Counted from the first letter of the stretch, positions 1 to 16,400 are shown. The stretch is DNA of 64,000 nt from Eledone cirrhosa (GCA_964016885.1 OZ024745.1:67518001-67582000); one strand, 5' to 3'. Program-made: numbers and translations. The notes: generated from the sequence alone by a model not told the origin.

Positions 1-1442
1 CATATCTTTACAGAAACAGACACTATCATAAATTCTGTTGCAAACTCAGGTACAATGGTCAGTATAATCTTTGTCTTTCCACTGTTTGGTTTAATTGTAA
101 ATGTCTCTGTAGGTTGCAATTTGGTGGGAACAACTTCTTTTGGTTTCACAGTTGTTTTAGATACAGTTTCCGATAAAGTTGTTTCCACATATCTAGTTTC
201 CTCTATTAAAGGCTAGAAAAATATTTCAAATGTACATGTAGTAGAATATAAACTTATAAAACAATATGTAATACATATCAAACACTACAAACATTGAGAA
301 AATATATCACACTCACCTTTACTTTTCCTATCAGATCTACTTGATAACTTTTCACATTTGTTTGTGTAACAAGAGAAACTTCTCCACCAGAATTAAGGTC
401 ATCACCAACCTCTATATAAATAATCCTATTTTCTGGGGTATTTGTTACCCACCCATTTCCATTAGGTCTAATATCACTTGGATTTCCACCAGGAATCATA
501 TTGATTGAACTATTCGGTATTACACTTTCATCATCCATTCCAACAGTATTTTCACACATAGCTGCAAAGAAAAGGAAAATTACAGCATCACAGGATTTTA
601 TAGCAAAAAATTGTTTGACAATTATTCATTAGTTAGTAAATACTTTTCAGAAAATCTTTGTAAATGTTTCATCAGCAATCTTTCAATACCTAAGATTATA
701 TTCAATTCAATCATATAGAGTTAGTTCTTTAAAATATTACAAACAAATACATAATAAATACGTAAGCAAGGACATGGCTATGTGATTTAAAACTGAATTA
801 GTTGAAGCTATCTTAAGTAAGTGGTTAGGAAGTTCACATTGCTATACCAAGATCACACAAACAATTCTAACATATGTTATCTAAAAATATAGACTATTGA
901 CATAGTACTGGGATGACACCATTTTGTATGGAATTGTGTGAAACTGAAGCTGTGTAGAGGATTGTCAGCTGGTGTGTAGTTCAGATATCTAACTTTGTCA
1001 CATATTCTGTCAGGTTGAGTTACCTTCAGAGTTATATTAATGGCAGTCTACACAATGGAATACTCAGCTACTTCCTGGTCAATTTACTGTAGAGGTAACT
1101 ATGGTGATAAATAGATATATAGCCATCATGTAAAGCATCAAAGTCTCTATAATCATATTTCACATACATACAATGATAATAGAGTGAAATTTGGCTACAC
1201 AAGTTATTTAGAAATGTATTTGGCTGAATAGTAAGTGAGATTTTTACACCTCTTTCATATTTTTATCTACTAAACATCAAACTACTTACATGGTGTTGTA
1301 GCTAGAGTAGTAATTGTTGTTGATAGACTGGGTAGCACTGTAGTGGATACACTGGGTGGAACTGTTGTGGAGACACTGGGTGGCACTGTTGTTGATAAGT
1401 TTGTTGGAATCAATGTTGAGACACTTGTGGTTGATAAGTAAG
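1..1442 (-). CDS. Module 11 (A, runs off the window): exons 1290-1442, 317-561, <1-212
   Basis: Copy of the A module. Confidence 0.85.
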
Positions 1443-4400
1443 CTACAAATATCATTAGAATAAATAAGTTACATTATTACCTCAATTACAAATATATTTC
1501 AAATTATAATGTATTGTAATGGCTTAAACTTGAAATTAACCAATTGATACCAAAGTATATGATGCTGGCCTTGGTTGTATGATACAAATATGTTTGTTTT
1601 CAAATATTTATATTGATCAAAAGATCCTTCCAAACCAAAGCGAAGCGATGGGATACATAGTTATGTTATTAAATAAATCAAACTTCTTGATATCTTTTGA
1701 AATTATTTTAACAACGTCAGTGACTTTCATTAGAAACATGGTAATGGAATGGTTTACAGCAACTTTATATATTGCTATATGATAATCTTTAAAACAATAC
1801 TTTAATAAATATATTCTTCATAGTTGATATCATAAAATTGTTAATATAAATTATTTGGTAACATCATGAACTGGTATATACATAATATCAAACAATTCAT
1901 CATTACTCAAACCACAAAACATTTCTTAGTACATCCCCGCTAATCAGTGAGAGCATGGGAGATAGACATTAAACGATGATGATGATTCAAGTTCTAACAC
2001 ATGGGTTTATTGTCTTAATATTATTGATGCTATAGCTATTTCATCAACATCACTCAGCCTTTCACGACTTGTGAACTTGTAGTGGTGCCATTATAGTATA
2101 TGATGTTTCTTGGGTTCATCTAACCATCCAGAGACAAGGGATAGGGTGAAAGTGTGAAACATGGCAAAGGAGAAGATTATATAAAACTGGTACTCGATAT
2201 TACTTCATATATTGTCCCCATAACGATGACAAAGTTGATTTCAGCAACACTTCAACTCAAAGCACTGACAACCACAGCAAATACGACAAAGTATTCTATC
2301 TGAAGGCTTCATGTGGCCATAGAGAAATATTTTCAAGCAATATTCTATCAATTATATTCACTATTGAAATCATCAATGTCACACTTACTTGTTGGTTTCA
2401 CACATATCTTTACAGAAACAGACACTATCATAGATTCTGTTGTAAACTCAGGTACAATGGTCAGTATAATCTTTGTCTTTCCACTGTTTGGTTTAATTGC
2501 AAATGTCTCTGTAGGTTGCAATTTGGTTGGAACAACTTCTTTTGGTTTCACAGTTTTTTTAGATACAGTTTCCCATAAAGCATTTGTTTCCACATATCTA
2601 GTTTCCTCTATTAAAGGCTAGAAAAATATTTCAAATATACATGTAGTAGAATATAAACTTATAAAACAATATGTAATACATATCAAACACTACAAACATT
2701 GAGAAAATATATCACACTCACCTTTACTTTTCCTATCAGATCTACTTGATAACTTTTCACATTTGTTTGTGTAACTAGAGAAACTTCTCCACCAGAATTA
2801 AGGTCATCTCCAACGTCTATATAAATAATCCTATTTTCTGGTGTATTTGTTGACCAACCAACTCCACCAGGTCGAATATCTCTTGGATTACCAACAGGAA
2901 TCAATCTAATTGAACTAGCTGGTATTATACTATCTACAGCCATACCATCAATATTTTCACACGCAACTGCAAAGAAACATCACCATGTATCATTACAACG
3001 TATGCACTACAAATTCACTGTAATATTATAAACTACAAAATATATTTATTAGTAAGGAAGATTATTCAAAATATAAAAGTGAACAAGTTACAACAAACTA
3101 TACATAATTTTAGGCAGGTGATAAGCTTCAGTAAATGCAGAAACCTGTATCAAATTTTGATCATGTTGCACTTTTTCAATAAAATTATTAACATACATTA
3201 ACATACATTCACACATTCTCAATCACGACACACACATTATATTAATAATAGGAGATCAAGATATCTTTTCTTCTGTAATTATATATCCCAAATTGTCTAA
3301 ATGTACTATGTATATCTATTTAGAAAGTCATATCAAAGATATTTGTGAAGAGAATAAAATCCATAATGCAGTAATTTTGAAATTAAGTATCCAATTAAAT
3401 ATGATATTAAAAAATCAATTAAGTAAATTATAACTGACATACAGACAATCCTCATATATATGGAGGGGTGTTGAATTTGTGATTTAAAAAAAAATCCTTT
3501 TTATAGAACCGGAAGAAGTTTTACAGAACACTAAGGCTAAATATTAATTTGGAAATATATTTGATTTCTTACAAAAAGTTGCCAACGGAATGAGAGAAAG
3601 TGTATGGTAGTTTGTTGAATAGAATTTTGTAGAAATTCAAAGATACTGCCTTGCTGTATATTTGCTATGCTGATTCTGCCAGGTAAATAGTTAACAGTAA
3701 TCCTGTCTGTGGAATCCTCATCCAATCATCATCATTTTACGTCCGCTTTTCCCTGCTTGCAAGGGTGGGACGGGAACTGATTCTGGCTTGATTTCTACAG
3801 CTGGATGCCCTTCCTAACACCAACCTCATTTTCAGTGAGTGCTGGGTGCTTTATTTTTTTCCGTGACACCTCCATGACCACTTTGCAGTGGAATGATAGG
3901 GACCCCAGTCTTATCATCTCATTTCTACAGCTGAGTAAACTGGAGCAATGTGAAATAAAGTGTCTTGCTCAAGTAAACAACACATTACCCGGTCTGAGAA
4001 TTGAACTCAAAATCTTTCGGTTGCAGGGCCAATGCTCTAACCACTAAGCCATGTGCCTCCATCAACTAAATATTAATTTAATAAAGAGGTACCCTAGTAG
4101 AGAAACAATCTAAAATGCATGTATGAAGTATTTATAATTAAAATACAGTGATTACAAATATGCAGTTGATTAAGTAATCTATTGGTATAAATTATATGTA
4201 AAAAATAAATGTGGTCATCCAGCCCACACTGAAAGTGGTTGTTTAGGTATCACAACAAAAAGCACCTAGTCAACACTGTAATTTGGTCATTTAAGCATCA
4301 CGACAAAAAGCATTGACTTCTCACTGTAAATGAAGTTGGCATTAGGAAAGACATCCAGCTCTAGAAACCAAGCCATAGTCAGTTCTGTATGAGCAAGACA

Positions 4401-7400
4401 TGGCCATATAACCTAGCATTGCCCACAACAGGACAACTTATCTAACCCATGCTAGCATGGAAAAAGGGACATCAGAACGTGATGATGATGAAGATGAAAT
4501 GCCCATCGCCAAAGCAGCAAGGTCTCCATGATCGTATTTCACATGCATAGAATTATAACAGACTAAAATTTGGCAACACAAGTTATTTAGAAATGTGTTT
4601 GGCTGAATAGTAGGTGAGATTTTTACACCTCTTTCATATTTCTATCTACTAAACATCAAACTACTTACATGGTGTTGTAGTTGGAGTAGTAATTGGTGTT
4701 GTGACTTTGGGTGACACTGTTGTTGATAGACTGGGTGGCACTGTAGTGGATAAACTCGGTGGAACTGTTGTGGAGACACTGGATGGCACTGTTGTTGATA
4801 AGTTTGTTGGAATCAATGTAGAAACACTTGGGGTTGATAAGTAAGCTACAAATATCATTAGAATAAATAAGTTACATTATTACCTCAATTACAGATATAT
4901 TTCAAATTATAATGTATTGTAATGGCTTAAACTTGAAATTAACCAATTGATACCAAAGTATATGAGACTGGACTTGGTTGTATGATCAAATATGTTTGTT
5001 TTCAAATGTTGATATTGATTTAAAGATCCTTCCAAACAAGAGCTAAGCAATGGGAAATATAGTTATGTTATTAAATTAATCAAACTTCTTGATACCTTTT
5101 GAAAATATTTGAACAAAGTCAGTGACTTTCATTAGAAACATGGTAATGGAATGGTTTACAACAACTTCATATATTGCTATATGATCATCTTTAAAACAAT
5201 ACTTTAATAATATTTTCTTCGTAGTTGATATCATAAATTTGTTAATATAAATTATTTGGTAACATCGTGAACTGGTATATACATAATATCAAACAATTCA
5301 TCATTACTCAAACCACAAAACATTTCTTAGTACATCCCCTCTAAGCCATGATAACATGGGAGATAGGCATTAAACGATGATGATGATTCAAGTTCTAACA
5401 CATGGGTTTATTGTCTTAACATTATTGATGCTATAGCTATTTCATCAACCTCACTCATCTCTTCACGACTTGTGAACTTGTAGTGGTGCCATTATAGTAT
5501 ATGATGGGTCTTCGTTGCAGCTACCCATCCAGAGACAAGGGATGAGTTTAAAAGTGTGAAACATGGCAAAGTAGAAGATTATATAAAAGATTACTTAAGC
5601 ATGGCAAAGTTGATTTCAGCAACACTTAAACACAAAGCAATGACAACCACAACAAATACGACAATCTATTCTATCTGAAGGCTTCATGTGGCCATAGAGA
5701 AATATTTTCAAGCAATATTCTATCAATTATATTCACTATTGAAATCATCAATGTCACACTTACTTGTTGGTTTCACACATATCTTTACAGAAACAGACAC
5801 TATCATAAATTCTGTTGCAAACTCAGGTACAATGGTCAGTATAATCTTTGTCTTTCCACTGTTTGGTTTAATTGTAAATGTCTCTGTAGGTTGCAATTTG
5901 GTGGGAACAACTTCTTTTGGTTTCACAGTTGTTTTAGATACAGTTTCCGATAAAGTTGTTTCCACATATCTAGTTTCCTCTATTAAAGGCTAGAAAAATA
6001 TTTCAAATGTACATGTAGTAGAATATAAACTTATAAAACAATATGTAATACATATCAAACACTACAAACATTGAGAAAATATATCACACTCACCTTTACT
6101 TTTCCTATCAGATCTACTTGATAACTTTTCACATTTGTTTGTGTAACAAGAGAAACTTCTCCACCAGAATTAAGGTCATCACCAACCTCTATATAAATAA
6201 TCCTATTTTCTGGGGTATTTGTTACCCACCCATTTCCATTAGGTCTAATATCACTTGGATTTCCACCAGGAATCATATTGATTGAACTATTCGGTATTAC
6301 ACTTTCATCATCCATTCCAACAGTATTTTCACACATAGCTGCAAAGAAAAGGAAAATTACAGCATCACAGGATTTTATAGCAAAAAATTGTTTGACAATT
6401 ATTCATTAGTTAGTAAATACTTTTCAGAAAATCTTTGTAAATGTTTCATCAGCAATCTTTCAATACCTAAGATTATATTCAATTCAATCATATAGAGTTA
6501 GTTCTTTAAAATATTACAAACAAATACATAATAAATACGTAAGCAAGGACATGGCTATGTGATTTAAAACTGAATTAGTTGAAGCTATCTTAAGTAAGTG
6601 GTTAGGAAGTTCACATTGCTATACCAAGATCACACAAACAATTCTAACATATGTTATCTAAAAATATAGACTATTGACATAGTACTGGGATGACACCATT
6701 TTGTATGGAATTGTGTGAAACTGAAGCTGTGTAGAGGATTGTCAGCTGGTGTGTAGTTCAGATATCTAACTTTGTCACATATTCTGTCAGGTTGAGTTAC
6801 CTTCAGAGTTATATTAATGGCAGTCTACACAATGGAATACTCAGCTACTTCCTGGTCAATTTACTGTAGAGGTAACTATGGTGATAAATACATATATAGC
6901 CATCATGTAAAGCAGCAAAGTCTCTATGATCATATTTCACATACATACAATGATAATAGAGTGAAATTTGGCTACACAAGTTATTTACAAATGTATTTGG
7001 CTGAATAGTAAGTGAGATTTTTACACCTCTTTCATATTTCTATCTACTAAACATCAAACTACTTACATGGTGTTGTAGCTAGAGTAGTAATTGTTGTTGA
7101 TAGACTGGGTAGCACTGTAGTGGATACACTGGGTGGAACTGTTGTGGAGACACTGGGTGGCACTGTTGTTGATAAGTTTGTTGGAATCAATGTTGAGACA
7201 CTTGTGGTTGATAAGTAAGCTACAAATATCATTAGAATAAATAAGTTACATTATTACCTCAATTACAAATATATTTCAAATTATAATGTATTGTAATGGC
7301 TTAAACTTGAAATTAACCAATTGATACCAAAGTATATGATGCTGGCCTTGGTTGTATGATACAAATATGTTTGTTTTCAAATATTTATATTGATCAAAAG

Positions 7401-10400
7401 ATCCTTCCAAACCAAAGCGAAGCGATGGGATACATAGTTATGTTATTAAATAAATCAAACTTCTTGATATCTTTTGAAATTATTTTAACAACGTCAGTGA
7501 CTTTCATTAGAAACATGGTAATGGAATGGTTTACAGCAACTTTATATATTGCTATATGATAATCTTTAAAACAATACTTTAATAAATATATTCTTCATAG
7601 TTGATATCATAAAATTGTTAATATAAATTATTTGGTAACATCATGAACTGGTATATACATAATATCAAACAATTCATCATTACTCAAACCACAAAACATT
7701 TCTTAGTACATCCCCGCTAATCAGTGAGAGCATGGGAGATAGACATTAAACGATGATGATGATTCAAGTTCTAACACATGGGTTTATTGTCTTAATATTA
7801 TTGATGCTATAGCTATTTCATCAACATCACTCAGCCTTTCACGACTTGTGAACTTGTAGTGGTGCCATTATAGTATATGATGTTTCTTGGGTTCATCTAA
7901 CCATCCAGAGACAAGGGATAGGGTGAAAGTGTGAAACATGGCAAAGGAGAAGATTATATAACACTGGTACTCGATATTACTTCATATATTGTCCCCATAA
8001 CGATGACAAAGTTGATTTCAGCAACACTTCAACTCAAAGCACTGACAACCACAGCAAATACGACAAAGTATTCTATCTGAAGGCTTCATGTGGCCATAGA
8101 GAAATATTTTCAAGCAATATTCTATCAATTATATTCACTATTGAAATCATCAATGTCACACTTACTTGTTGGTTTCACACATATCTTTACAGAAACAGAC
8201 ACTATCATAAATTCTGTTGCAAACTCAGGCACAATGGTCAGTATAATCTTTGTCTTTCCACTGTTTGGTTTAATTGCAAATGTCTCTGTAGGTTGCAATT
8301 TGGTTGGAACAACTTCTTTTGGTTTCACAGTTTTTTTAGATACAGTTTCCCATAAAGCATTTGTTTCCACATATCTAGTTTCCTCTATTAAAGGCTAGAA
8401 AAATATTTCAAATATACATGTAGTAGAATATAAACTTATAAAACAATATGTAATACATATCAAACACTACAAACATTGAGAAAATATATCACACTCACCT
8501 TTACTTTTCCTATCAGATCTACTTGATAACTTTTCACATTTGTTTGTGTAACTAGAGAAACTTCTCCACCAGAATTAAGGTCATCTCCAACGTCTATATA
8601 AATAATCCTATTTTCTGGTGTATTTGTTGACCAACCAACTCCACCAGGTCGAATATCTCTTGGATTACCAACAGGAATCAATCTAATTGAACTAGCTGGT
8701 ATTATACTATCTACAGCCATACCATCAATATTTTCACACGCAACTGCAAAGAAACATCACCATGTATCATTACAACGTATGCACTACAAATTCACTGTAA
8801 TATTATAAACTACAAAATATATTTATTAGTAAGGAAGATTATTCAAAATATAAAAGTGAACAAGTTACAACAAACTATACATAATTTTAGGCAGGTGATA
8901 AGCTTCAGTAAATGCAGAAACCTGTATCAAATTTTGATCATGTTGCACTTTTTCAATAAAATTATTAACATACATTAACATACATTCACACATTCTCAAT
9001 CACGACACACACATTATATTAATAATAGGAGATCAAGATATCTTTTCTTCTGTAATTATATATCCCAAATTGTCTAAATGTACTATGTATATCTATTTAG
9101 AAAGTCATATCAAAGATATTTGTGAAGAGAATAAAATCCATAATGCAGTAATTTTGAAATTAAGTATCCAATTAAATATGATATTAAAAAATCAATTAAG
9201 TAAATTATAACTGACATACAGACAATCCTCATATATATGGAGGGGTGTTGAATTTGTGATTTAAAAAAAAATCCTTTTTATAGAACCGGAAGAAGTTTTA
9301 CAGAACACTAAGGCTAAATATTAATTTGGAAATATATTTGATTTCTTACAAAAAGTTGCCAACGGAATGAGAGAAAGTGTATGGTAGTTTGTTGAATAGA
9401 ATTTTGTAGAAATTCAAAGATACTGCCTTGCTGTATATTTGCTATGCTGATTCTGCCAGGTAAATAGTTAACAGTAATCCTGTCTGTGGAATCCTCATCC
9501 AATCATCATCATTTTACGTCCGCTTTTCCCTGCTTGCAAGGGTGGGACGGGAACTGATTCTGGCTTGATTTCTACAGCTGGATGCCCTTCCTAACACCAA
9601 CCTCATTTTCAGTGAGTGCTGGGTGCTTTATTTTTTTCCGTGACACCTCCATGACCACTTTGCAGTGGAATGATAGGGACCCCAGTCTTATCATCTCATT
9701 TCTACAGCTGAGTAAACTGGAGCAATGTGAAATAAAGTGTCTTGCTCAAGTAAACAACACATTACCCGGTCTGAGAATTGAACTCAAAATCTTTCGGTTG
9801 CAGGGCCAATGCTCTAACCACTAAGCCATGTGCCTCCATCAACTAAATATTAATTTAATAAAGAGGTACCCTAGTAGAGAAACAATCTAAAATGCATGTA
9901 TGAAGTATTTATAATTAAAATACAGTGATTACAAATATGCAGTTGATTAAGTAATCTATTGGTATAAATTATATGTAAAAAATAAATGTGGTCATCCAGC
10001 CCACACTGAAAGTGGTTGTTTAGGTATCACAACAAAAAGCACCTAGTCAACACTGTAATTTGGTCATTTAAGCATCACGACAAAAAGCATTGACTTCTCA
10101 CTGTAAATGAAGTTGGCATTAGGAAAGACATCCAGCTCTAGAAACCAAGCCATAGTCAGTTCTGTATGAGCAAGACATGGCCATATAACCTAGCATTGCC
10201 CACAACAGGACAACTTATCTAACCCATGCTAGCATGGAAAAAGGGACATCAGAACGTGATGATGATGAAGATGAAATGCCCATCGCCAAAGCAGCAAGGT
10301 CTCCATGATCGTATTTCACATGCATAGAATTATAACAGACTAAAATTTGGCAACACAAGTTATTTAGAAATGTGTTTGGCTGAATAGTAGGTGAGATTTT

Positions 10401-13400
10401 TACACCTCTTTCATATTTCTATCTACTAAACATCAAACTACTTACATGGTGTTGTAGTTGGAGTAGTAATTGGTGTTGTGACTTTGGGTGACACTGTTGT
10501 TGATAGACTGGGTGGCACTGTAGTGGATAAACTCGGTGGAACTGTTGTGGAGACACTGGATGGCACTGTTGTTGATAAGTTTGTTGGAATCAATGTAGAA
10601 ACACTTGGGGTTGATAAGTAAGCTACAAATATCATTAGAATAAATAAGTTACATTATTACCTCAATTACAGATATATTTCAAATTATAATGTATTGTAAT
10701 GGCTTAAACTTGAAATTAACCAATTGATACCAAAGTATATGAGACTGGACTTGGTTGTATGATCAAATATGTTTGTTTTCAAATGTTGATATTGATTTAA
10801 AGATCCTTCCAAACAAGAGCTAAGCAATGGGAAATATAGTTATGTTATTAAATTAATCAAACTTCTTGATACCTTTTGAAAATATTTGAACAAAGTCAGT
10901 GACTTTCATTAGAAACATGGTAATGGAATGGTTTACAACAACTTCATATATTGCTATATGATCATCTTTAAAACAATACTTTAATAATATTTTCTTCATA
11001 GTTGATATCATAAATTTGTTAATATAAATTATTTGGTAACATCGTGAACTGGTATATACATAATATCAAACAATTCATCATTACTCAAACCACAAAACAT
11101 TTCTTAGTACATCCCCTCTAAGCCATGATAACATGGGAGATAGGCATTAAACGATGATGATGATTCAAGTTCTAACACATGGGTTTATTGTCTTAACATT
11201 ATTGATGCTATAGCTATTTCATCAACCTCACTCATCTCTTCACGACTTGTGAACTTGTAGTGGTGCCATTATAGTATATGATGGGTCTTCGTTGCAGCTA
11301 CCCATCCAGAGACAAGGGATGAGTTTAAAAGTGTGAAACATGGCAAAGTAGAAGATTATATAAAAGATTACTTAAGCATGGCAAAGTTGATTTCAGCAAC
11401 ACTTAAACACAAAGCAATGACAACCACAACAAATACGACAATCTATTCTATCTGAAGGCTTCATGTGGCCATAGAGAAATATTTTCAAGCAATATTCTAT
11501 CAATTATATTCACTATTGAAATCATCAATGTCACACTTACTTGTTGGTTTCACACATATCTTTACAGAAACAGACACTATCATAAATTCTGTTGCAAACT
11601 CAGGTACAATGGTCAGTATAATCTTTGTCTTTCCACTGTTTGGTTTAATTGTAAATGTCTCTGTAGGTTGCAATTTGGTGGGAACAACTTCTTTTGGTTT
11701 CACAGTTGTTTTAGATACAGTTTCCGATAAAGTTGTTTCCACATATCTAGTTTCCTCTGTTAAAGGCTAGAAAAATATTTCAAATGTACATGTAGTAGAA
11801 TATAAACTTATAAAACAATATGTAATACATATCAAACACTACAAACATTGAGAAAATATATCACACTCACCTTTACTTTTCCTATCAGATCTACTTGATA
11901 ACTTTTCACATTTGTTTGTGTAACAAGAGAAACTTCTCCACCAGAATTAAGGTCATCACCAACCTCTATATAAATAATCCTATTTTCTGGGGTATTTGTT
12001 ACCCACCCATTTCCATTAGGTCTAATATCACTTGGATTTCCACCAGGAATCATATTGATTGAACTATTCGGTATTACACTTTCATCATCCATTCCAACAG
12101 TATTTTCACACATAGCTGCAAAGAAAAGGAAAATTACAGCATCACAGGATTTTATAGCAAAAAATTGTTTGACAATTATTCATTAGTTAGTAAATACTTT
12201 TCAGAAAATCTTTGTAAATGTTTCATCAGCAATCTTTCAATACCTAAGATTATATTCAATTCAATCATATAGAGTTAGTTCTTTAAAATATTACAAACAA
12301 ATACATAATAAATACGTAAGCAAGGACATGGCTATGTGATTTAAAACTGAATTAGTTGAAGCTATCTTAAGTAAGTGGTTAGGAAGTTCACATTGTTATA
12401 CCAAGATCACACAAACAATTCTAACATATGTTATCTAAAAATATAGACTATTGACATAGTACTGGGATGACACCATTTTGTATGGAATTGTGTGAAACTG
12501 AAGCTGTGTAGAGGATTGTCAGCTGGTGTGTAGTTCAGATATCTAACTTTGTCACATATTCTGTCAGGTTGAGTTACCTTCAGAGTTATATTAATGGCAG
12601 TCTACACAATGGAATACTCAGCTACTTCCTGGTCAATTTACTGTAGAGGTAACTATGGTGATAAATAGATATATAGCCATCATGTAAAGCATCAAAGTCT
12701 CTATAATCATATTTCACATACATACAATGATAATAGAGTGAAATTTGGCTACACAAGTTATTTAGAAATGTATTTGGCTGAATAGTAAGTGAGATTTTTA
12801 CACCTCTTTCATATTTTTATCTACTAAACATCAAACTACTTACATGGTGTTGTAGCTAGAGTAGTAATTGTTGTTGATAGACTGGGTAGCACTGTAGTGG
12901 ATACACTGGGTGGAACTGTTGTGGAGACACTGGGTGGCACTGTTGTTGATAAGTTTGTTGGAATCAATGTTGAGACACTTGTGGTTGATAAGTAAGCTAC
13001 AAATATCATTAGAATAAATAAGTTACATTATTACCTCAATTACAAATATATTTCAAATTATAATGTATTGTAATGGCTTAAACTTGAAATTAACCAATTG
13101 ATACCAAAGTATATGATGCTGGCCTTGGTTGTATGATACAAATATGTTTGTTTTCAAATATTTATATTGATCAAAAGATCCTTCCAAACCAAAGCGAAGC
13201 GATGGGATACATAGTTATGTTATTAAATAAATCAAACTTCTTGATATCTTTTGAAATTATTTTAACAACGTCAGTGACTTTCATTAGAAACATGGTAATG
13301 GAATGGTTTACAGCAACTTTATATATTGCTATATGATAATCTTTAAAACAATACTTTAATAAATATATTCTTCATAGTTGATATCATAAAATTGTTAATA

Positions 13401-16400
13401 TAAATTATTTGGTAACATCATGAACTGGTATATACATAATATCAAACAATTCATCATTACTCAAACCACAAAACATTTCTTAGTACATCCCCGCTAATCA
13501 GTGAGAGCATGGGAGATAGACATTAAACGATGATGATGATTCAAGTTCTAACACATGGGTTTATTGTCTTAATATTATTGATGCTATAGCTATTTCATCA
13601 ACATCACTCAGCCTTTCACGACTTGTGAACTTGTAGTGGTGCCATTATAGTATATGATGTTTCTTGGGTTCATCTAACCATCCAGAGACAAGGGATAGGG
13701 TGAAAGTGTGAAACATGGCAAAGGAGAAGATTATATAACACTGGTACTCGATATTACTTCATATATTGTCCCCATAACGATGACAAAGTTGATTTCAGCA
13801 ACACTTCAACTCAAAGCACTGACAACCACAGCAAATACGACAAAGTATTCTATCTGAAGGCTTCATGTGGCCATAGAGAAATATTTTCAAGCAATATTCT
13901 ATCAATTACATTTACTATTGAAACCATGAATGTAACACTTACTTGTTGGTTTCACACATATCTTTACAGAAACAGACACTATCATAGATTCTGTTGTAAA
14001 CTCAGGTACAATGGTCAGTATAATCTTTGTCTTTCCACTGTTTGGTTTAATTGCAAATGTCTCTGTAGGTTGCAATTTGGTTGGAACAACTTCTTTTGGT
14101 TTCACAGTTTTTTTAGATACAGTTTCCCATAAAGCATTTGTTTCCACATATCTAGTTTCCTCTATTAAAGGCTAGAAAAATATTTCAAATATACATGTAG
14201 TAGAATATAAACTTATAAAACAATATGTAATACATATCAAACACTACAAACATTGAGAAAATATATCACACTCACCTTTACTTTTCCTATCAGATCTACT
14301 TGATAACTTTTCACATTTGTTTGTGTAACTAGAGAAACTTCTCCACCAGAATTAAGGTCATCTCCAACGTCTATATAAATAATCCTATTTTCTGGTGTAT
14401 TTGTTGACCAACCAACTCCACCAGGTCGAATATCTCTTGGATTACCAACAGGAATCAATCTAATTGAACTAGCTGGTATTATACTATCTACAGCCATACC
14501 ATCAATATTTTCACACGCAACTGCAAAGAAACATCACCATGTATCATTACAACGTATGCACTACAAATTCACTGTAATATTATAAACTACAAAATATATT
14601 TATTAGTAAGGAAGATTATTCAAAATATAAAAGTGAACAAGTTACAACAAACTATACATAATTTTAGGCAGGTGATAAGCTTCAGTAAATGCAGAAACCT
14701 GTATCAAATTTTGATCATGTTGCACTTTTTCAATAAAATTATTAACATACATTAACATACATTCACACATTCTCAATCACGACACACACATTATATTAAT
14801 AATAGGAGATCAAGATATCTTTTCTTCTGTAATTATATATCCCAAATTGTCTAAATGTACTATGTATATCTATTTAGAAAGTCATATCAAAGATATTTGT
14901 GAAGAGAATAAAATCCATAATGCAGTAATTTTGAAATTAAGTATCCAATTAAATATGATATTAAAAAATCAATTAAGTAAATTATAACTGACATACAGAC
15001 AATCCTCATATATATGGAGGGGTGTTGAATTTGTGATTTAAAAAAAAATCCTTTTTATAGAACCGGAAGAAGTTTTACAGAACACTAAGGCTAAATATTA
15101 ATTTGGAAATATATTTGATTTCTTACAAAAAGTTGCCAACGGAATGAGAGAAAGTGTATGGTAGTTTGTTGAATAGAATTTTGTAGAAATTCAAAGATAC
15201 TGCCTTGCTGTATATTTGCTATGCTGATTCTGCCAGGTAAATAGTTAACAGTAATCCTGTCTGTGGAATCCTCATCCAATCATCATCATTTTACGTCCGC
15301 TTTTCCCTGCTTGCAAGGGTGGGACGGGAACTGATTCTGGCTTGATTTCTACAGCTGGATGCCCTTCCTAACACCAACCTCATTTTCAGTGAGTGCTGGG
15401 TGCTTTATTTTTTTCCGTGACACCTCCATGACCACTTTGCAGTGGAATGATAGGGACCCCAGTCTTATCATCTCATTTTTACAGCTGAGTAAACTGGAGC
15501 AATGTGAAATAAAGTGTCTTGCTCAAGTAAACAACACATTACCCGGTCTGAGAATTGAACTCAAAATCTTTCGGTTGCAGGGCCAATGCTCTAACCACTA
15601 AGCCATGTGCCTCCATCAACTAAATATTAATTTAATAAAGAGGTACCCTAGTAGAGAAACAATCTAAAATGCATGTATGAAGTATTTATAATTAAAATAC
15701 AGTGATTACAAATATGCAGTTGATTAAGTAATCTATTGGTATAAATTATATGTAAAAAATAAATGTGGTCATCCAGCCCACACTGAAAGTGGTTGTTTAG
15801 GTATCACAACAAAAAGCACCTAGTCAACACTGTAATTTGGTCATTTAAGCATCACGACAAAAAGCATTGACTTCTCACTGTAAATGAAGTTGGCATTAGG
15901 AAAGACATCCAGCTCTAGAAACCAAGCCATAGTCAGTTCTGTATGAGCAAGACATGGCCATATAACCTAGCATTGCCCACAACAGGACAACTTATCTAAC
16001 CCATGCTAGCATGGAAAAAGGGACATCAGAACGTGATGATGATGAAGATGAAATGCCCATCGCCAAAGCAGCAAGGTCTCCATGATCGTATTTCACATGC
16101 ATAGAATTATAACAGACTAAAATTTGGCAACACAAGTTATTTAGAAATGTGTTTGGCTGAATAGTAGGTGAGATTTTTACACCTCTTTCATATTTCTATC
16201 TACTAAACATCAAACTACTTACATGGTGTTGTAGTTGGAGTAGTAATTGGTGTTGTGACTTTGGGTGACACTGTTGTTGATAGACTGGGTGGCACTGTAG
16301 TGGATAAACTCGGTGGAACTGTTGTGGAGACACTGGATGGCACTGTTGTTGATAAGTTTGTTGGAATCAATGTAGAAACACTTGGGGTTGATAAGTAAGC

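Noticed and set aside
1579-4047. Repeated ORFs MIQICLF..., MAIEKYF..., MDEDSTD..., MPFLTPT...
   Set aside because: Antisense shadows of exons or chance ORFs in introns and SINEs; they recur only because of the duplication and several break in the divergent unit.
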